A stretch of 55,306 bases of DNA from positions 1-55,306 of the forward strand of contig JBKQTH010000034.1 in assembly GCA_052143275.1 (NCBI GenBank). Direction: 5' to 3'. The DNA comes from Ktedonobacterales bacterium (GTDB lineage Bacteria; Chloroflexota; Ktedonobacteria; Ktedonobacterales; JADMIN01). The notes under the pieces were generated by a model. The model did no database searches and was not told where the DNA came from. It was given only the letters and a program-made list of their open reading frames with translations. The translations under genes were made by a program, and so were the position numbers. This document shows positions 38,939-48,845 of this stretch, piece after piece (the stretch's first letter is position 1; each line of letters opens with the position of its first letter).

Positions 38939-40141
38939 ATGGCAGCAATACTTACTTCGGTGGCCTCCTCAGCCATCATCGCTCTATGTTCATGGGGCGG
39001 CGGCCAGATGCTCGCCTGGTACAAAAAGACAAATACCCGGGGCAAGATAGCGTCCACTCAGGTAGCGTCAGGTCAGGTGGCGACCAATCAGGTGGCGACA
39101 GCAATGCCAGAGGATGGTGCAACGCGACCAATGTATATGGCCGGTGGAGCATATCCCGCATATCCCGCATATCCCACGTATCCCGCATATCCCCAATATC
39201 CCCAATATCCTGTGCAGTCTCAACCGCCATCGGTAAACGCCAGCAAGGTGCTCGTCCACATCGGCATTCTGCAGCTGGTAGTGAACATTGTTGGCCTAGT
39301 GATCGGTATTTTCTTAGGGGCGGTGGGTGCAAGCGAGGGAGTATCAGTCCTTTTTCTCTTCCTTTTCGGAACGCTGGCGGCAGCCATTGTCTTTTTCATC
39401 TTTGGCCTCCGTGTAGAAAGAGCGGTGCGCTGGCGTCACCTCACCTATGTGGTACTGGGCACGGTTCCACTTACCCTCCTGGTCAATGCGCTGTTCTATG
39501 CCGCCGCAAATAAGCCGCTCTATACCACTGTTGGCCAATTTATCTTTGCGGTCATCGTGGCATTTTTTCAAACCTTCCTGGCCATGGGTATCGGCGGCGG
39601 CCTAGCCGCGCTGATCAGCCCAAAGCGAGGCCTGCAGGCCCCGGGGGCGCTCCCGGCACCGCAGCAATATATGCCCGGCATGCCGCCATATGGAGCACCC
39701 TACGGTTATGGACAACCCGGCGCGGCATCTACTCCTATGGCCTACCCTTCCGGCGCCTATTCCGCCAACCCCGCTTATCCCCCCAACCCGCCCTATGCAG
39801 CCTACCCCCCCAACCCCGCTTATCCCCCCAACCTGCCCTATCCTCCGCCGGCAGCTTACCCATCGGCTCCCAGCTATCCTCTGCCAGCTGGAGCCTATCC
39901 ATCCTATCCTCCTGGTACCGCTTACCCGCCGGCGGCGGCTTACCCACCGGCTTCCAGCTATCCCCCGCCGCCTGGCCCCGGCAATCCGGGAAGTCCCGTT
40001 GCGGATGCCGGCAATCCTTCGACAACTCCAGCGCCCTATGGGAGAGCAATCCCTAGTGGAGGCTCATCCGATGAACCAACAGCCCCGGGAACTTTTGAGG
40101 GTGCGCAACCTTCTCAGCCTCCCGGCGGCTCGGGCGAGTAA
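38939..40141 (+). CDS. Membrane protein with Pro/Tyr-rich low-complexity regions
   Basis: N-terminal hydrophobic segment, about four central TM helices, (A/T/Q)YP and PPxPxY repeats. Confidence 0.8.
   Translation: MAAILTSVASSAIIALCSWGGGQMLAWYKKTNTRGKIASTQVASGQVATNQVATAMPEDGATRPMYMAGGAYPAYPAYPTYPAYPQYPQYPVQSQPPSVNASKVLVHIGILQLVVNIVGLVIGIFLGAVGASEGVSVLFLFLFGTLAAAIVFFIFGLRVERAVRWRHLTYVVLGTVPLTLLVNALFYAAANKPLYTTVGQFIFAVIVAFFQTFLAMGIGGGLAALISPKRGLQAPGALPAPQQYMPGMPPYGAPYGYGQPGAASTPMAYPSGAYSANPAYPPNPPYAAYPPNPAYPPNLPYPPPAAYPSAPSYPLPAGAYPSYPPGTAYPPAAAYPPASSYPPPPGPGNPGSPVADAGNPSTTPAPYGRAIPSGGSSDEPTAPGTFEGAQPSQPPGGSGE
39149..39211 (+). repeat. In-frame 9-bp tandem repeat x7 encoding (A/T/Q)YP
   Basis: GCATATCCC and variants. 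Confidence 0.9.
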
Positions 40142-40309
40142 GTAAGTAACGTCCCACTTTTACAGCTATATACCGGTAGATCCTGACTATAGACTGTACT
40201 CTTCGTCCTTCACTGTGGTACCGTGAGACCCGTGGCGGACACTGTCCGCGGCCATCTTGTGTGGCAGCAGGTGACTGTAGGCAAGAACAGATAGGATTTC
40301 AGGACCGCT

Positions 40310-40804
40310 ATGGCAGGCCCTCCTTCTCAACGTCCGGGCAGTGATGACACGCGATCCAGCAGCGGCCCAGACCCATGGCAGAGCCCGAGACGGTATCTGC
40401 CATGGGTACTGGGCGCCTCGACCGGCTTAGTAGTCTGTGTGGCCGGTCTATTGGTGCTCCACTTGATCAATAACGCGGTGCCCTCTCCGTCGGCTACGGC
40501 AAGCGCCATCTGCAGCGATCTGACTTCAACTGATTATGCCTCACTCTACTTGACGTTGACCCCATCGCTACAAGAGCAGGGAAGTGATTCCCAGGTCGAA
40601 TTTACTGCCAGCCAACGAGAATTGGATATTGTCAGTGGCAGAGTAACCAGTTGCTCCTACGAATTTCAGAGATCCAACAGTGCCGAAGCCACCGTCACCT
40701 ATCTTATTACCCGTGGCTCGAAACGAGCACAATCGGCTCAGGTTGACCTGGTCTACGTTGATGGCGCATGGCGTATACAGGACTACGACACTAGTATGAT
40801 CTGA
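40310..40804 (+). CDS. Single-TM exported protein, NTF2-like
   Basis: TM, then PSATASAICSDL...DYASLY...LVYVDGAWRI. Confidence 0.7.
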   Translation: MAGPPSQRPGSDDTRSSSGPDPWQSPRRYLPWVLGASTGLVVCVAGLLVLHLINNAVPSPSATASAICSDLTSTDYASLYLTLTPSLQEQGSDSQVEFTASQRELDIVSGRVTSCSYEFQRSNSAEATVTYLITRGSKRAQSAQVDLVYVDGAWRIQDYDTSMI

Positions 40805-40866
40805 GCCCGGATCGGCCCAAGAAGCATTGGATCGGCGACCTAAACCCTACGCAAGCCCGCCACGCG

Positions 40867-41532
40867 CTAATTCAGCAGGGACCGGTCGAAATCGGTGGAG
40901 ACGCGAAGACCTAGCTCGATCTGCGAGGTGAGCTGCTCGACCTCAGCACGAAGCAGGCTGGTACCAATTTTCAAACGTTGGGGAAGCGAGGTGGTCTCCA
41001 GAAGCTGCTGCTTTTCGTGGTCCTCACACATCAGGCATGTGCCAATCAGGTAGGAGAGGTCGTGAGCTTCGCCGGGCACCTCGATGTGCCGGTCCTCACT
41101 GCCAACCAGAGTGAGCATGGCACGCAAGTAGTCGTTAAGAGCCTCACGCGCCCTCTTCACCAAGTCGTCCAGGTCGCCAGCGGATTCGACATGATCGCGC
41201 AGAGGACGGACGATGCCCACTAGATACGCCTTACTCGTCTTGTAGTCGATAACCTCGAAGCGGCTGGTGCCAAGCGCCAGCATATTGTAGCGTCCATCGG
41301 GCAATTGCTCATAATCGGCGATACGGGCCAGGGTTCCGACTCGCGCGGGTACGACATCATCGTCGGCGTCGTCGGCCTGTGCCAGCACCACCCCAAATGG
41401 CGCTTGATCGGCGAGGCAATCGGCGGTCATGTCGCGATAGCGGTGCTCAAAGATATGGAGAGGCAGCGCCATTCCAGGGAAGAGGACCACGTTAAGAGGA
41501 AACAACGGGACCTCGAATAGTTCGTCTGACAC
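40867..41532 (-). CDS. LON peptidase substrate-binding domain protein
   Basis: PLFPLNVVLFPGMALPLHIFEHRY, VGTLARI, PDGRY, KQQLLE. Confidence 0.92.
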   Translation of the reverse strand: MSDELFEVPLFPLNVVLFPGMALPLHIFEHRYRDMTADCLADQAPFGVVLAQADDADDDVVPARVGTLARIADYEQLPDGRYNMLALGTSRFEVIDYKTSKAYLVGIVRPLRDHVESAGDLDDLVKRAREALNDYLRAMLTLVGSEDRHIEVPGEAHDLSYLIGTCLMCEDHEKQQLLETTSLPQRLKIGTSLLRAEVEQLTSQIELGLRVSTDFDRSLLN

Positions 41533-41722
41533 TTCGCGCTCCTCCTCTCGTTATGCCTACCATCATCGAGTTCATGAGGAATGACTAAGGCTTTGCCGAC
41601 ACCTGTGCAGAGTGAAATAATATAGTGAAGACTGTAGCATGGTGCGTGGCAGCGGTGCCAACCGGTACCGGAGAGCCTCGGCGTATGGATATTAGCTACT
41701 CTGGAGGCAGAAGGAGCAACCT

Positions 41723-42724
41723 GTGCATGAGATCGCTGGTCACAGGCAGATGCGGAATCGATTGGCACATGCAGTTACGGCCAATCTGGTGAGCCACGCC
41801 TATCTCTTCATTGGACCGGAGGGTGTGGGGAAGACCACACTCGCGCTGGCTTTTGCCCGTCTGCTGATGTGCGAAAAGCCTGATCTGGCGTCCGGCGATT
41901 CGTGCGGCACGTGTCGCAATTGCCAGCGAATCGCACATGGCAACCATCCTGATTTGACCCTGGTGGAGCCTCGGGAAGGAAACCGGCTACTTGGCGTGGA
42001 TATGGTGCGCGAAGCAGTGGTCCGTCTGGCTAATTTGGCACCATCGCAGGCGCAGAGGCGAGTCTTTATCCTGCCTGGAGTGGAGCAGATGACCGCCAAC
42101 ACCAGCAATGCTCTGCTCAAGACCCTGGAAGAGCCTCCCCCCGGTGTAGTGCTGCTGCTCACCGCTTCCGACCCCGAGAGTCTTCTGCCGACAGTAATTT
42201 CACGCTGCCAAGTCTTCACCCTCCAACCGGTGGCTGGAGACGATATCGAGGTGCTCCTCACGCGAGCCTATCAGGTGCCGCTGGCCGATGCAAAAAATCT
42301 GGCAATGGTGGCCCAGGGGCGGCCCGGTTGGGCAGTTCGCGCCCATGAGCATCCCGAACTGTTGGGGGAGCGCTCTCAACTTCTCGCCCAGATCATGGGC
42401 TTGCCGCCTGCCAGGCGAGATGAGCGTCTACGCGTTGCGGCGACTCTGACTAAAGATGGCGATGTTGCCCGGGAAGCGTTGGAAATCTGGACGCTGTGGT
42501 GGCGTGACGTCCTGTTGGCCGCCTCTCGAGCAACCAACCTGTTAAGCACAGGAAGCGCTCGCCTGGAAGCGGAACAGCTTGGGCAGTCCATTGGTCTACG
42601 CCGAGCTGAGTCCTTTCTGCATGCGTTACTGGCCGCGCGCGAATCACTGGACCAAAATATGAATGCGCGCCTGGTCTTTGATGTTCTGATGTTTGATCTT
42701 CCGCATCGCGCTCCCAGCGCCTGA
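41723..42724 (+). CDS. holB: DNA polymerase III delta-prime subunit
   Basis: SHAYLFIGPEGVGK, C..SCGTCRNC..GNHPD, SNALLKTLEEPP, LLPTVISRC. Confidence 0.94.
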   Translation: MHEIAGHRQMRNRLAHAVTANLVSHAYLFIGPEGVGKTTLALAFARLLMCEKPDLASGDSCGTCRNCQRIAHGNHPDLTLVEPREGNRLLGVDMVREAVVRLANLAPSQAQRRVFILPGVEQMTANTSNALLKTLEEPPPGVVLLLTASDPESLLPTVISRCQVFTLQPVAGDDIEVLLTRAYQVPLADAKNLAMVAQGRPGWAVRAHEHPELLGERSQLLAQIMGLPPARRDERLRVAATLTKDGDVAREALEIWTLWWRDVLLAASRATNLLSTGSARLEAEQLGQSIGLRRAESFLHALLAARESLDQNMNARLVFDVLMFDLPHRAPSA

Positions 42725-42835
42725 TCTTGGGCAGCTACTCCTACTGCGCTTCGTCCACCCCAGATCTCTCTGATATACTATGAACGCTTACACTGGCCCT
42801 CTGAGCACTGGATAAGTGGAGAGAGTTCTCGATCT

Positions 42836-44653
42836 ATGGCCAACCTGACAACCGTGTGCAGTAACTGTGGTCTGCGGAACGATGCGGGGTCCACGCTCTG
42901 CGTGGGCTGCGGCCGCCCGCTGGCGGCCGATTCCTCTCTCTCTACCCCGGATTCCAATGCCCCTGGGTCGCCCCCCGTGGGTATCGACTCTTCCGCCACT
43001 GGATTTCTGGCGCCGGGCACGATTTTGAACGGTCGCTACCAGATCCTGGGTGTTGCCGGTACCGGCGGCATGGGCGCAGTCTACAAGGCCGCCGATACTC
43101 ACTTGGGCGGACGTATAGCGGCCCTCAAAGAGATGAGCGAGTATGGCCTGACCCCGGAGGAAGTGCAGGCGGCCACCGAGACATTCCACCACGAAGCCCG
43201 TCTGCTTGCCGGCCTTCATCATCCTAGCTTGCCCAACATTCACGATCACTTCAATGCCGGTGGGCGATGGTACCTGGTCATGGACTTCATCGACGGCGAG
43301 ACCCTGCAAGAGCATCTGGCTCGCTACGGCACGCCGGGTCTACCGGTAGCCGAGGTGCTGCGCCTGGCCGACCAGATCTGCGCGGTTTTGGAATTCCTGC
43401 ATCGACAGACTCCTCCCGTCATCTTCCGAGATCTCAAGCCCAGCAATATCATGATTACGGCCGGCAACCAGCTGTATCTCATCGACTTCGGTATCGCTCG
43501 GCTCTTCAAGCCGGGCCAGGCCACTGATACCATTTCCCTAGGCTCAGCAGGCTATGCGGCTCCCGAGCAGTACGGTAGGTCACAAACCACTGTGCAAAGC
43601 GACGTCTATAGTCTGGGAGTCACTCTGCACCAGCTGCTGAGTGGTCTTGACCCGGCAGATAAACCCTTTACATTTCCTCTAATTCGACCGCGTAACCCAC
43701 AGACTCCTCCCCAATTGGAGATGCTGGTTCTGAGCATGGTGCAGTTAGATGAGAGCCGGCGACCTGCCAACATAGCCCAGGTTCGCCGGTCGCTTCGCCA
43801 GATAGCGCAGCAAATCAGCTCTGTTCGCCTTGCACGGCCGGCACCTCCGCCATACCGGACATCTCCGGCTTACCCATTGCCTGTGTCACCGCCGGCCGCT
43901 CCGTTAGCCTCGTCGCCGGTAAAGGCTACTGCTCGGAAAAGTAAGCGGCGACGCTCCCGAAGCGGTCTTAAAGTCTTCGCTCTGTTTGCGGCTACGATCG
44001 CAATCTTGTGCGCCGGGGCATTGATCTACTCGACGGCAAGCGGAGCGATGCACAACAGCGAGGAGTCCGCAGCGGCTACTGCCGCAGCCGAAAGCACTGT
44101 GACTGCGGACCAGCAGGTCTTGGCTGTTGACCAGACCAGCTTAACTCAGAGCCTGGCCGGGCTGGTACCGGAGTCCAGTTTCGCTGATGAGCTGACAATC
44201 TACGCGCGAGCTTGGAAGCTGATGCAAGAGGACTACAAGAAAGAACAATCCGACTTCAAGCAAGGATGTAGTGTTTCCGGCAACGCCTACCAGGTGCAAA
44301 CGATAGATGCAGACAAAATAAAGGCAGATCTCCAGTCGATTCAGTCCGACGATGTGGTGCTAGCACTGCTTAGCGACCAGGCGAGCGGAGATATTCAGGT
44401 GGTCCAAAGCCATCAGTCTGTACTTCAGTCGGCTCTTCAAGCACTGGTGAGCGGCCCCACCGGCTCGCTGACCAGCGCCTCGGTGACCGCCAGCGTGAGC
44501 AGTGCTCAGGCGGAGCTGTTGACCGCCGAGCAACAGATAAACAACTCTCAGAAAGCCATACAATCGGCTGAGGCAAAAGGCGTGACATATGAGCAGGAAG
44601 CTGCTGAAACCAACACTGCAGCCCAGAATCTCGCCAAGAGCATGCACTGTTGA
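42836..44653 (+). CDS. Hanks-type Ser/Thr protein kinase with zinc ribbon, TM and helical ectodomain
   Basis: CSNC/CVGC; GTGGMGAVY, ALKEM, FRDLKPSN, IDFG, GYAAPEQ; TM after RRRSRS. Confidence 0.95.
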   Translation: MANLTTVCSNCGLRNDAGSTLCVGCGRPLAADSSLSTPDSNAPGSPPVGIDSSATGFLAPGTILNGRYQILGVAGTGGMGAVYKAADTHLGGRIAALKEMSEYGLTPEEVQAATETFHHEARLLAGLHHPSLPNIHDHFNAGGRWYLVMDFIDGETLQEHLARYGTPGLPVAEVLRLADQICAVLEFLHRQTPPVIFRDLKPSNIMITAGNQLYLIDFGIARLFKPGQATDTISLGSAGYAAPEQYGRSQTTVQSDVYSLGVTLHQLLSGLDPADKPFTFPLIRPRNPQTPPQLEMLVLSMVQLDESRRPANIAQVRRSLRQIAQQISSVRLARPAPPPYRTSPAYPLPVSPPAAPLASSPVKATARKSKRRRSRSGLKVFALFAATIAILCAGALIYSTASGAMHNSEESAAATAAAESTVTADQQVLAVDQTSLTQSLAGLVPESSFADELTIYARAWKLMQEDYKKEQSDFKQGCSVSGNAYQVQTIDADKIKADLQSIQSDDVVLALLSDQASGDIQVVQSHQSVLQSALQALVSGPTGSLTSASVTASVSSAQAELLTAEQQINNSQKAIQSAEAKGVTYEQEAAETNTAAQNLAKSMHC

Positions 44654-44725
44654 TGCGCCAACATACCCGCACGCCCACGATGTTGTCTGGTGGTTAGTTG
44701 GGCTCAGGCTCCCGATTTCTGACAT

Positions 44726-44768
44726 TCTCCAGTGTCACCCGTCTCGTCGCGATGGTTGACACTGGAGA
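44726..44768. terminator. Hairpin between convergent genes
   Basis: 12-bp inverted repeat TCTCCAGTGTCA/TGACACTGGAGA. Confidence 0.55.
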
Positions 44769-44780
44769 CTGCGCGAGCTC

Positions 44781-45218
44781 CTACAAGTGCACAGGGGTGA
44801 TGTTTCCCCACTTCTCACCCAGGTAATCCACAACCAACCGCCGATGACAACGTTCTGGAGTGGCCTCGCTGCACATTAGCACAGTCGGCACCTCGAAGAG
44901 TCGCCGGTCAATACACTGCTCTATTCGGCGTTCGGCCATCAGGTTGAGGAAGCGCTGCTCATACTCTGGCCAGCTACCGGTATGTCTCTTATAAGCGTCA
45001 AACATCTCCTCGGTGGGAGCCAGCAGCGGCTCATGCAGGTACTCGGCCTGGCAAATCTCTGCGAGAAAATAGGCCAAGTCATCCTTCTTGGCAAAGCCGG
45101 CTAGCTGAGAGACATTTTTCAACCGGACATCAATGAGCCGCCGAATTCCTGTTCGACGTAGCAACTCGAAGAACTGGCGGGCGGATTTCTGGGTAAAGCC
45201 GCACGTATAGATTTCCAT
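44781..45218 (-). CDS. DUF488 family protein
   Basis: IYTCGF, LIDVRL, LAPT, LMCSE..PERCHRRLV. Confidence 0.9.
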   Translation of the reverse strand: MEIYTCGFTQKSARQFFELLRRTGIRRLIDVRLKNVSQLAGFAKKDDLAYFLAEICQAEYLHEPLLAPTEEMFDAYKRHTGSWPEYEQRFLNLMAERRIEQCIDRRLFEVPTVLMCSEATPERCHRRLVVDYLGEKWGNITPVHL

Positions 45219-45307
45219 TTAATTACTCTCAGCTTGATTTTTGGGCAGGTTTGTCTATCCGTTCAAGATGAGTCGACTCTCTCTGCCAACCACACCCTCG
45301 AGGCCGG

Positions 45308-46204
45308 TTATTGGGTTTCGCGAGCCAGGGAGTCAAACTCCTCCTGACTGAGCTGGAGGGTAGCGCCGAGAACGTTATCTTCCAGATGTTCGACGCGTGC
45401 GGTTCCCGGAATTGGAAGCATCGTGCTCGAGCGTTTGAGGAGCCACGCGACCGCAACCTGAGCGGGCGAGGCGTTGTGACGCCTGGCGATCTGGTCAAGT
45501 TCTCCACCGGAGCGCGCCAGGTTTCCAAAGGCCAGCGGCGACCAGGGAATGAAGCCGATACCCTGGCGCTCACATAGATCTATCATGACCTCTGTGTCGG
45601 CGGCCGTCATTTGTTCGGATACGCGCTGTGCCAGGTTATAGTGGTTCTGAACCGTGACAATCCGCACGATCTTCTGACCCTGGGCCAGTTGATCGATGGT
45701 GATATTCGAGAGCCCAACATGGCGAATCTTGCCTTCCCCCTGCATCTTCGCCAGTTCACCCACTGAGTCTTCGAAGGGAACGTTGGGGTCCGGGCGGTGG
45801 AACTGATAAAGGTCAATATGATCGAGACGCAGACGCCGCAAGCTGCCTTCCAGCGCCTCACGCAGATGCTGGGGCCGCCCGTCGGGAGGCCACTGGTTGG
45901 GTCCCGTCCGCAAGAGCCCGCCTTTAGTCGCGATCACCAGGTCTTTCGGATAAGGGTAAAGCGCCTCGGCGATGAGGGACTCGCTCACATCCGGCCCGTA
46001 GGAGTCAGCGGTATCTATAAGATTTATCCCTAGTTCAAGAGCGCGGCGAAGGACGGCGATACACTCTTGCTTATCCGCCGGTGGACCCCAGATACCCGGA
46101 CCGGTGAGACGCATTGCTCCAAAGCCGAACCGGTACACCGTTAGATCATGACCGATGGTGAATGTCCCGCTCGCGGTCGCGGGTTGTGGGATCGAGTGCT
46201 GCAT
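45308..46204 (-). CDS. Aldo/keto reductase
   Basis: FGFGAMRL, IDTADSYG, IATKGG, IDLYQFH, GLSN, IPGT; ATG 46204 after AAGGAG. Confidence 0.94.
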   Translation of the reverse strand: MQHSIPQPATASGTFTIGHDLTVYRFGFGAMRLTGPGIWGPPADKQECIAVLRRALELGINLIDTADSYGPDVSESLIAEALYPYPKDLVIATKGGLLRTGPNQWPPDGRPQHLREALEGSLRRLRLDHIDLYQFHRPDPNVPFEDSVGELAKMQGEGKIRHVGLSNITIDQLAQGQKIVRIVTVQNHYNLAQRVSEQMTAADTEVMIDLCERQGIGFIPWSPLAFGNLARSGGELDQIARRHNASPAQVAVAWLLKRSSTMLPIPGTARVEHLEDNVLGATLQLSQEEFDSLARETQ

Positions 46205-46482
46205 GCAATTTTCTCCTTCTCTAACGCACTCTCGAGGCTTTTGCAGTGTATAGCACCCTTTTCCGTCTGGCAACGTCTTCGGATCGATCCTCGTCGACAT
46301 CTCAGCCCTTCGCATTTGGTGTGCCGGATCAACTTTTTGGGCCAGGCTTGAGGCACAGTAGGAGATTGTGGCACAAGACGTCTACCTCAAGCGTCATAAA
46401 CGAGTGCAGAGCACTATTGTTTTCGGTATGCAGCGTCAAGGGAACGTGCTGCCGCGACATCTTCATGGGTCAGGGGGAGACA

Positions 46483-48051
46483 ATGCTGCACTCGCTATAT
46501 CGCGCATACCTCTATAGCATCATCGTCATCTTGCTTTTCTTTACTGCAGTCGCCACGACCCTGCTTCTTAGCGTGTTTTTGGAGACGACACCTCTTAGCG
46601 GCGCCGCGCCTTTTGGCCCTTCGTCAAGCGAAGTTGTCCAATCGGCGGTGTTTGCTATCATCTCATGGATCCTTACACTGTCAGTAGGCGGCTTGCACTA
46701 CTGGCTGCTCCGGCGCAACGAGGCCAGCGACGGCTCTACGGCCAACGGTAGCGTGCGGTCGGTGTTTTTAAATCTAAGTGAAGGGCTGGCGGCAGTTATA
46801 GCTGTGTCGAGCGGCGTCATCGCCATTAACGCCGCTAGTGAGGGCTCAGACGCAAGTGGTAGCGTAGCTACCTTAGTTGTCTTCACCGCGCTCTTTGTAC
46901 TACTCGAGCTCGAACGGCGGCGCTTACCGGCAAGGAAGGGAGAAGGGCTGGACTTCCAGCGCCTGCACTTTTCGGGTCTGCAGCTCATCTTCCTGCTTGT
47001 CTTTATCTTGCCTTCGCTGCTGAATGCCCTCGGGGCATCACTCTACCTGATTCTTATCAATACCGGAGTCGTCACTCTATGCCCCGGAGATGCTTACGGT
47101 CCCTACTGCTACAGTGGTCCGGCTGCCTCCCCTATCGGGACTGAGTGGCTCATAGTGGGTCTGGCGGTACTGGCATGGTTGGTGTACTGGGTCCTGGGAC
47201 GTGGTGACCGGAACTCGAATCTCGTCAAAATCATGCACTTCGTCGGTTTTGCCACCGGAGTATTCGTGATATTGCTGGGGCTGGAACGAGGGTTGGAACT
47301 GCTCGCCCGCATCCTGCTGGGGATAGGTGCCACTGGCTCCGATCTTGTCGAATCCTATGACTTTATCCCACCGCTGGTTACTGGACTGCTGATTGTCGGA
47401 GCCTATATCCTCCTCCTGCGCGGTGACCGGGTCAACGTGCCCGAGCGATCGGGGGCGATCCTGCTGACTGCCCTGGCTATTGCGGCTACCCTGGCGGCGC
47501 TGCCGTTCTGGGCCGGTTGCGTGACGCTACTGGATGATGTATTCGAGCGTCTTTCTCCCGGGGGGTCCAACCCGTCACTGAGCGTGGCTCTCGCGTTGGT
47601 ATTCACCGGCCTGGGTTATATTCCGTTGGAACTCTGGCAACGAGCGCGAACGCGACAGGAGGCGGCTACGGCCGCGCCGAAGCGCGCGCTTGAGTTATCC
47701 CTTTTGGCGGTAGGCATGCTCGACGCGGTCATCTCCTTGATAGTGCTGTTATATGCCACACTCACCGCCATCCTGGGTAATCCGCTCGCTCAGTGGCAGC
47801 AGCTCGCGCGTGAAGCGGCAAGCGGGCTAGTGATCGGTGCCGTGCTGGTGCTGATTTACGGACGACAGGTCCTGGCACAGCGCGCCTCCCAGAAGGAAGA
47901 TTCAAGGCCAGCGGTAGCCCAGCCGGACACCGCGGTGAAGCCGTATGTTGCCGTACCCACCTCGACCAATACCATTGAAAGTGTTCTGGATGAGTTGCTG
48001 GCGGGGCGTATTTCGCGCGATCAGGCAGCCGAGCAGATACGTGCACTCTGA
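46483..48051 (+). CDS. Multi-pass membrane protein with DUF5671-like repeats
   Basis: LYRAYLY..., LHYWLLRR, VRSVFL repeated units; C-terminal IESVLDELLAGRISRDQAAEQIR; ATG after GGGGAG. Confidence 0.75.
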   Translation: MLHSLYRAYLYSIIVILLFFTAVATTLLLSVFLETTPLSGAAPFGPSSSEVVQSAVFAIISWILTLSVGGLHYWLLRRNEASDGSTANGSVRSVFLNLSEGLAAVIAVSSGVIAINAASEGSDASGSVATLVVFTALFVLLELERRRLPARKGEGLDFQRLHFSGLQLIFLLVFILPSLLNALGASLYLILINTGVVTLCPGDAYGPYCYSGPAASPIGTEWLIVGLAVLAWLVYWVLGRGDRNSNLVKIMHFVGFATGVFVILLGLERGLELLARILLGIGATGSDLVESYDFIPPLVTGLLIVGAYILLLRGDRVNVPERSGAILLTALAIAATLAALPFWAGCVTLLDDVFERLSPGGSNPSLSVALALVFTGLGYIPLELWQRARTRQEAATAAPKRALELSLLAVGMLDAVISLIVLLYATLTAILGNPLAQWQQLAREAASGLVIGAVLVLIYGRQVLAQRASQKEDSRPAVAQPDTAVKPYVAVPTSTNTIESVLDELLAGRISRDQAAEQIRAL

Positions 48052-48079
48052 ACCAGCCTTCCGTATACCCCCTTAACCC

Positions 48080-48286
48080 TTACTCAATGCCAAGAGCTTT
48101 TTTGATGAGGTCCAGACTGTTGACGCTAACCAGAATGAGTCTGTCATCGCGAGGGTCCGTTGTCGTCTCGATGACACCAGCCTTCCGCAGAGCCGATATG
48201 CGAGGATATATCTTGTTGACAGATATATGAAGGAGTTCGGCGATTTCTTTTTGTGTGAGCCATTGCTTTGATTCAGTCATGGCCAT
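48080..48286 (-). CDS. Small winged-helix DNA-binding protein
   Basis: LTQKEIAELLHIS...ISALRKAGVIETTTDPRDDR (MarR-like wing); GGAGG RBS. Confidence 0.8.
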   Translation of the reverse strand: MAMTESKQWLTQKEIAELLHISVNKIYPRISALRKAGVIETTTDPRDDRLILVSVNSLDLIKKALGIE

Positions 48287-48310
48287 ACCCTTGATGTCCT
48301 CCCTGTTCCA

Positions 48311-48384
48311 AGGATAGCACGTGCTTCTCTGAAAGTCAATAAAATTAGAGATGTCTTGACAACTGTAGAAGTGTGGGCTACACT
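48311..48384. promoter_or_regulatory. Back-to-back divergent sigma70 promoters
   Basis: Minus: TTGACT-17 nt-TATCCT with TG (48339-48311). Plus: TTGACA-17 nt-TACACT (48356-48384). Confidence 0.7.
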
Positions 48385-48845
48385 AGCTTTTGCAATTACA
48401 AGTGTAAATGGAAAGAACGTTCTAGAGAGACTGAAGGAGGAATGTATTTAGGCTGGTACGGTCACTATAGGCAGCGAGCGCCTGAGTTGCACGGCCACGG
48501 TGAGGCGCTCTAATTCTCTGGCGCGGATTGTTATGTAGATCGTTGGCGGGATCCGCATAAGGCACTTGAGACAGGCAAGCTCCTGATCCAGTGCAATTCT
48601 ATTCTCACATATGCTATGTTCCCGCACCTAGTTCATGATAGCAAACTACGTGAATTGCAACAGCACGTTCGGCTAGTTCGTCGGCAGCTTGATGCGAGAA
48701 CAGGCATTCCACCGCAGGACCGAAGGCTGACACGATCTACGTACCCGGACGCGGCATGTTCTCGAGTCGGCGGAGGTACGCGAAGATGGCTTCGTGATCT
48801 ACGCGCGATTCAGTAGGACAGAAGTCTAAAAGGAGAAAGACACCC

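Noticed and set aside
48616-48816. 66-aa ORF in the islet leader
   Set aside because: No RBS or recognisable motif; not supportable as a CDS.
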